Virus record (IMG/VR): IMGVR_UViG_3300032232_000272
Source of the DNA: an uncultured virus (IMG/VR IMGVR_UViG_3300032232_000272)
Lineage: Duplodnaviria > Heunggongvirae > Uroviricota > Caudoviricetes
DNA: 20,000 bases
Direction: 5' to 3' (one strand)
How positions within the stretch are numbered: position 1 is the first letter of the stretch; every line of letters starts with the position of its first letter. Below the pieces are notes generated by a model. That model was not told the DNA's origin and did not search any database. It saw nothing but the letters and a program-made list of their open reading frames with translations. Positions 16,433 to 20,000 of the stretch are shown here, in pieces. The position numbers and the translations under genes were made by a program.

Positions 16433-17337
16433 TGTTCGGAATAGGCGCTTTTGCTCAAACCCCGTTTGCTTCTTTAGCAAGCATCTTCCATGACGCCTCT
16501 GTCACGGAGAACTCTGGGCTTGCCGATTCTTGTGTGGCTTCTGCTAGCTTCACGGACAGTCTTACCGAAAACGTTAACATGTTTGAGTTTGACACCACTA
16601 CTGGTGAGTTTTACGGGCTAATTAACGAGTTTGTTACGATGGCAGACACCCCTGCTATTACCGCCCAGTTTGCCTCTAGCCTAACCGAAAACTTTACCCC
16701 AGAAGACACCTCAACTATAGCCGCTCAGTTTGCCGTTAGCCAAGCCGAAAACTTTAACCCTGCTGACGTTTACGAGGTGTATTTTGCTGCACTGCAAGAC
16801 CTTACAGAGCCAATTAATGAAGTAGCCGACTCCAGTGCCCAGCAGTCTGCTTTTGGTCAAAGCATAGCGGAAAACAGCAACCTAGCAGACATAGAAACCA
16901 TTACCGCCCAGTTTGCCTCAAATATTACCGAGCCATTAACTTCTGAAGATACCCCCGCTATTTCTGCTCAGTTTGCGGCTAGCATTGCCGAGGCTACCTC
17001 GATGCAGGATGTGATTACTATTATTTCGTTGTTTTTCTTGGATATTACCGAGCCACTAACATCCAACGACATAAGGGCTATTACAGCGCAGTTTGCTGGG
17101 GCGGTGACAGAGAACACTAACCTAGCCGACTCCAGCACCCAAACATTTAATTTCTTACAAACTATTACCGAGAGCTTTACCCTTTTGGACTCGCAAATTC
17201 CAAGGGGTTGGTTTAGAATCAACGATGACCAGACAGTAACTTGGCAAGCTGTTAACAACACACAAAGCATCACTTGGCAAGACATTGGGAATAGTCAAAA
17301 CCCCAATTGGATAGAAATCGACAACTCGCAAGGGTAA
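16432..17337 (+). CDS. Acidic, lysine-free protein of ~20 aa repeats with C-terminal 11 aa Trp repeats
   Basis: 301 aa with recurring 'I[TSA]AQFAxx[LIV][TA]Exxxxx[D]' units and four W-x10 repeats at the C-terminus. Confidence 0.8.
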   Translation: MFGIGAFAQTPFASLASIFHDASVTENSGLADSCVASASFTDSLTENVNMFEFDTTTGEFYGLINEFVTMADTPAITAQFASSLTENFTPEDTSTIAAQFAVSQAENFNPADVYEVYFAALQDLTEPINEVADSSAQQSAFGQSIAENSNLADIETITAQFASNITEPLTSEDTPAISAQFAASIAEATSMQDVITIISLFFLDITEPLTSNDIRAITAQFAGAVTENTNLADSSTQTFNFLQTITESFTLLDSQIPRGWFRINDDQTVTWQAVNNTQSITWQDIGNSQNPNWIEIDNSQG

Positions 17338-17346
17338 GGATAAATT

Positions 17347-18486
17347 ATGGCAAGTACATTTTCACCATCACTACGCATCGAGCTAATCGGTGACGGCGAC
17401 CAATCTGGTATTTGGGGTCAAACCACTAATACCAACCTAGGAACCCTTATAGAACAAGGCATTACAGGCGTTCAGGGTATTACCATGGTAAATGCTACCT
17501 ACACGCTGACTAACTTTAACGGGGTGTCAGACGAGGCACGAAACGCTGTACTGGTCGTTACTGGCACAAACACCGCCCAACGAGACATAATCGCTCCTCT
17601 GGTAGAAAAGACTTACATTATTTATAACAACACTACAGGCGGCTTTGCCATACGTATTATTGGTGCTTCTGGGCTTGGCGTAGTTATTCCTAACGGCATT
17701 ACAGCGTTTGTTTATTGTGATGGCACAAACTTCTACAACGCCATATCTGGTTCGGTAGGTAACTTCACGGTTAATGGCAATTTAGCAGTTACTGGCACAA
17801 CGGCTTTAACAGGCGCTACAACACTTTCTGCTGCTTTAACTTATGGCGGCGTAGCTTTATCTAACTCGGTTACAGGCACTGGAAGCATGGTTTTATCTGC
17901 TTCGCCAACATTTACTGGGGTACCTGCGGCACCAACCGCAGCAGCTGGAACTAACACTACTCAGATCGCTACAACGGCTTTTGTAGCCCAGAATGCTGTT
18001 TTATCTGGCGCTTTGTTAATGTGGCCCACTGCTTCTGCGCCAACTGGATATTTGCTTTGCGATGGTACTGCGGTATCTCGTACAACCTATGCGGCGCTAT
18101 TTGCGGTTATTGGCACTACATTTGGAGCGGGCGATACAACAACTACTTTTAATCTGCCAGATTATCGTGGAAGAATGCCTATCGGAGTAAGCGGTTCTTA
18201 CGCTTTAGCGGCAACGGGTGGAGCAGCAACTACAACATTAAGTACTCCTAATTTACCTTCGCATACCCACTCTATTACAGATCCGGGGCATAGCCATGGT
18301 GTTCTTACCTATCGTGGTAGTGGCCCAGAAAACTGGATTAGTGGTTCTTTTTCTGCGTCTCCAGTAAATACATACACAACAAATTCAGCAGTTACCGGCA
18401 TTACAGCAACGGATGCAACAGGTTCTGGTACAGCGGCAACAACGATTTCTCCGTACCTTGCAATTAACTTCATCATCAAAACCTAA
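17347..18486 (+). CDS. Tail fibre protein with phage tail collar domain
   Basis: Canonical collar motif 'GALLMWPTASAPTGYLLCDGTAVSRTTYAALFAVIGTTFGAGD...FNLPDYRGRMPIG', HxH motifs 'SHTH...GHSH' and terminal 'INFIIKT'. Confidence 0.88.
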   Translation: MASTFSPSLRIELIGDGDQSGIWGQTTNTNLGTLIEQGITGVQGITMVNATYTLTNFNGVSDEARNAVLVVTGTNTAQRDIIAPLVEKTYIIYNNTTGGFAIRIIGASGLGVVIPNGITAFVYCDGTNFYNAISGSVGNFTVNGNLAVTGTTALTGATTLSAALTYGGVALSNSVTGTGSMVLSASPTFTGVPAAPTAAAGTNTTQIATTAFVAQNAVLSGALLMWPTASAPTGYLLCDGTAVSRTTYAALFAVIGTTFGAGDTTTTFNLPDYRGRMPIGVSGSYALAATGGAATTTLSTPNLPSHTHSITDPGHSHGVLTYRGSGPENWISGSFSASPVNTYTTNSAVTGITATDATGSGTAATTISPYLAINFIIKT

Positions 18487-18504
18487 AGGTGCGAACAGTG
18501 GATC

Positions 18505-18957
18505 ATGGCGGACGAACTGGGGTTAGCGGCTGGTGCCAAGGGGATCAGCGAAGGGTTTAAGACTGGGCGAGAAGCCGGTAAAGAGATTGGTAAGAACATC
18601 GAGGATGTTCAGAAGGAAGCAGTAGATTTAGCAAGGCAGCAAGCGAATGCAAAGATTCGTGAGCGCAGAGAAGCAGAGTTAAGGAAAGAGCGGGCGATAT
18701 TTAAAGCCCTTGAAGAGTACCGGCACCGTAAGAAAATATCGGATGAAGAGTACAAATTAAGGGTGGATTTTATAAAGCAACACGGCACCAAAGAGTGGCA
18801 AAAGGTGCTAGACATCAAGACGGAAATTGAGCGTCTTGAGAAAGAAGATAAGAAGTATTTTGATGCAGAGTTGGCAAAGGTTAAATGGGTGCAGTTCTGG
18901 TGCTTTATGGTGGCTGCTTGGATTGCTTATTACATAGTGTGGGGGTCTAAAAGATGA
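18505..18957 (+). CDS. Coiled-coil protein with C-terminal membrane anchor
   Basis: 150 aa charged helical body with hydrophobic tail 'WVQFWCFMVAAWIAYYIVW'. Confidence 0.7.
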   Translation: MADELGLAAGAKGISEGFKTGREAGKEIGKNIEDVQKEAVDLARQQANAKIRERREAELRKERAIFKALEEYRHRKKISDEEYKLRVDFIKQHGTKEWQKVLDIKTEIERLEKEDKKYFDAELAKVKWVQFWCFMVAAWIAYYIVWGSKR

Positions 18958-19214
18958 ATATGCAAGACGTACTAAAGGCGGTTATTCCGATTCTTGTAGC
19001 CTGTATAGCGTGGCTACTCGGTCAGGTTTCTTCATTTCAGACCCGCCTAACCCAGATTGAAGGCAAGATGCCAGCGTTGATTACTAGCGAAGGCATACCA
19101 ACAGACAGCCCTATTTCAGCCGAGCGTAGAGCAAAGATGCGTGAAGAACTGTACAAAGAACTCCATGACCTCCATGTGCGGGTCAAACTCCTTGAAGAAA
19201 GAGGAAAAAAATGA
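18954..19214 (+). CDS. Membrane protein (N-terminal TM plus coiled coil), lysis-cassette associated
   Basis: 86 aa, ATGA-coupled, with 'VIPILVACIAWLLG'. Confidence 0.65.
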   Translation: MNMQDVLKAVIPILVACIAWLLGQVSSFQTRLTQIEGKMPALITSEGIPTDSPISAERRAKMREELYKELHDLHVRVKLLEERGKK

Positions 19215-19693
19215 TTACCCTATTTACTACCCTTATATCGTTTCTTTCCGGCGGACTACCCAGCCTATTAGGGTTTTTCCAAGACAAGTCCGACAAGAAG
19301 CACGAGATGGAAATGGCTCGTTTGCAGACAGAACGGGAACTTCAGATGGCAGAGCGTGGTTTTGCTGCCCAAGCCCATGTAGAAGAGATTAAGACCCAAC
19401 AGATTGAGATGCAGACCCAAGCCCAAGAAAGGGCTTCTTTGTATGCCCACGACATTGAGATTGGTAAGGGTGCTTCCCAGTGGGTTACAAATTCACGGGC
19501 AATGGTTAGACCAGCCATTACCTACGGTATGTTCATTATGTTTATGTTTGTAGAACTGTTTGGGTTCTGGTTTGCTTTTCATCGGGAAGTGCCATTTGAC
19601 GTGGCGTTAAACCTCCTATGGGATGACGAGACCCAGATTATCTGGGCAAGTATTGTTTCCTTCTGGTTTGGAACACAGGCATTTAAGAAGTGA
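19211..19693 (+). CDS. Putative holin (3TM / gene-transfer-release holin-like)
   Basis: N-terminal hydrophobic segment, coiled coil, 'WV...RAMVRPAITY' then a TM, and C-terminal 'IVSFWFG'. Directly upstream of the endolysin. Confidence 0.65.
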   Translation: MITLFTTLISFLSGGLPSLLGFFQDKSDKKHEMEMARLQTERELQMAERGFAAQAHVEEIKTQQIEMQTQAQERASLYAHDIEIGKGASQWVTNSRAMVRPAITYGMFIMFMFVELFGFWFAFHREVPFDVALNLLWDDETQIIWASIVSFWFGTQAFKK

Positions 19694-20000
19694 AAGTAAG
19701 CGATAAAGCCATCAAAATGATTAAGCACCATGAGGGCGTTCGTCAGCGTCCATATCGCTGTCCCGCAAAATTGTGGACGATTGGTGTGGGTCATGTACTC
19801 TACCCACGGCAGGGTGCTTTGAAGATAGATGAACGGGATGCCTACCCACTGGAATATAAAGACGACCGTACCTTTTTGATGGAGGAAGTAGATGACATTC
19901 TTAGAGACGACCTTAATCGCTTTGAGCGAGGTGTTGAACGCTTCTGTCCTGTCAAGCTCACTCAAGGTCAATTCGATGCTCTTGTATCTTTTAGCTTTAA
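19690..20000 (+). CDS. GH24 phage lysozyme (endolysin), 3' truncated (not in ORF track)
   Basis: GTGA overlap start. MKVSDKAIKMIKHHEGVRQRPYRCPAKLWTIGVGH...LTQGQFDALVSFSF carries an E-x8-C-x5-T catalytic motif. Confidence 0.92.
   Translation, partial: MKVSDKAIKMIKHHEGVRQRPYRCPAKLWTIGVGHVLYPRQGALKIDERDAYPLEYKDDRTFLMEEVDDILRDDLNRFERGVERFCPVKLTQGQFDALVSFSF

Noticed and set aside
16640..17200. CRISPR-like periodic nucleotide repeats (e.g. GCCCAGTTTGCC about every 60 nt)
   Set aside because: The repeats are degenerate, in frame and explained by protein repeats. No cas genes are present.
8513..18486. Diversity-generating retroelement or invertible tail-fibre cassette
   Set aside because: No reverse transcriptase or invertase, no inverted gene, and no near-identical repeat pair differing only at adenines was seen. 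The repeats differ at synonymous positions.
18954..19025. Lipobox-like LVAC in the 86 aa protein (possible o-spanin)
   Set aside because: The hydrophobic stretch continues past the Cys and the N-region is atypical, so a plain TM anchor is more likely. SignalP would settle it.
1467..19392. Short alternative-frame + strand ORFs nested in larger genes (1467, 5012, 5839, 6743, 7211, 14612, 15855, 19141)
   Set aside because: They lie largely or wholly inside better-supported genes and have unconvincing composition.
44..19971. All minus-strand ORFs in the track (e.g. 1820-2173, 3404-3847, 9418-9918, 15238-15579, 19579-19971)
   Set aside because: They are antisense shadows of well-supported, coupled + strand genes and show no recognisable motifs.

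Overview
This window is the virion-morphogenesis and lysis region of a tailed dsDNA bacteriophage, with all real genes on the + strand and tightly coupled. No sheath, tube or tape-measure gene is recognisable, so a podovirus-like virion is inferred. Gene order: 3' end of a scaffold-like gene, a conserved head gene, a probable decoration protein, and the major capsid protein (resembles the 'Mu gpT-like' family). These are followed by a terminator, a sigma70-like promoter and a ~75 nt RNA that can form a double pseudoknot (candidate Mu-gpT-DE-type RNA). Next come a cluster of small Lys/Gly-rich proteins, two adaptor-like proteins with inserted domains, an ~11 kb array of fibre/adhesin genes mostly paired with small chaperone-like genes, a lysine-free acidic repeat protein, a tail-collar protein, and membrane/holin genes with a truncated GH24 endolysin. 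The most unusual signals are (1) unrelated small basic proteins sharing an R-[GA]-x-G-x-x-x-[KR]-G-[KHR]-T-K-G tag and punctuated by x-x-[KE]-G-G motifs, suggesting a capsid-targeted, protease-processed core-protein system, and (2) the double-pseudoknot RNA behind the capsid gene. Family assignments come from motif recognition and gene context, not from database searches.
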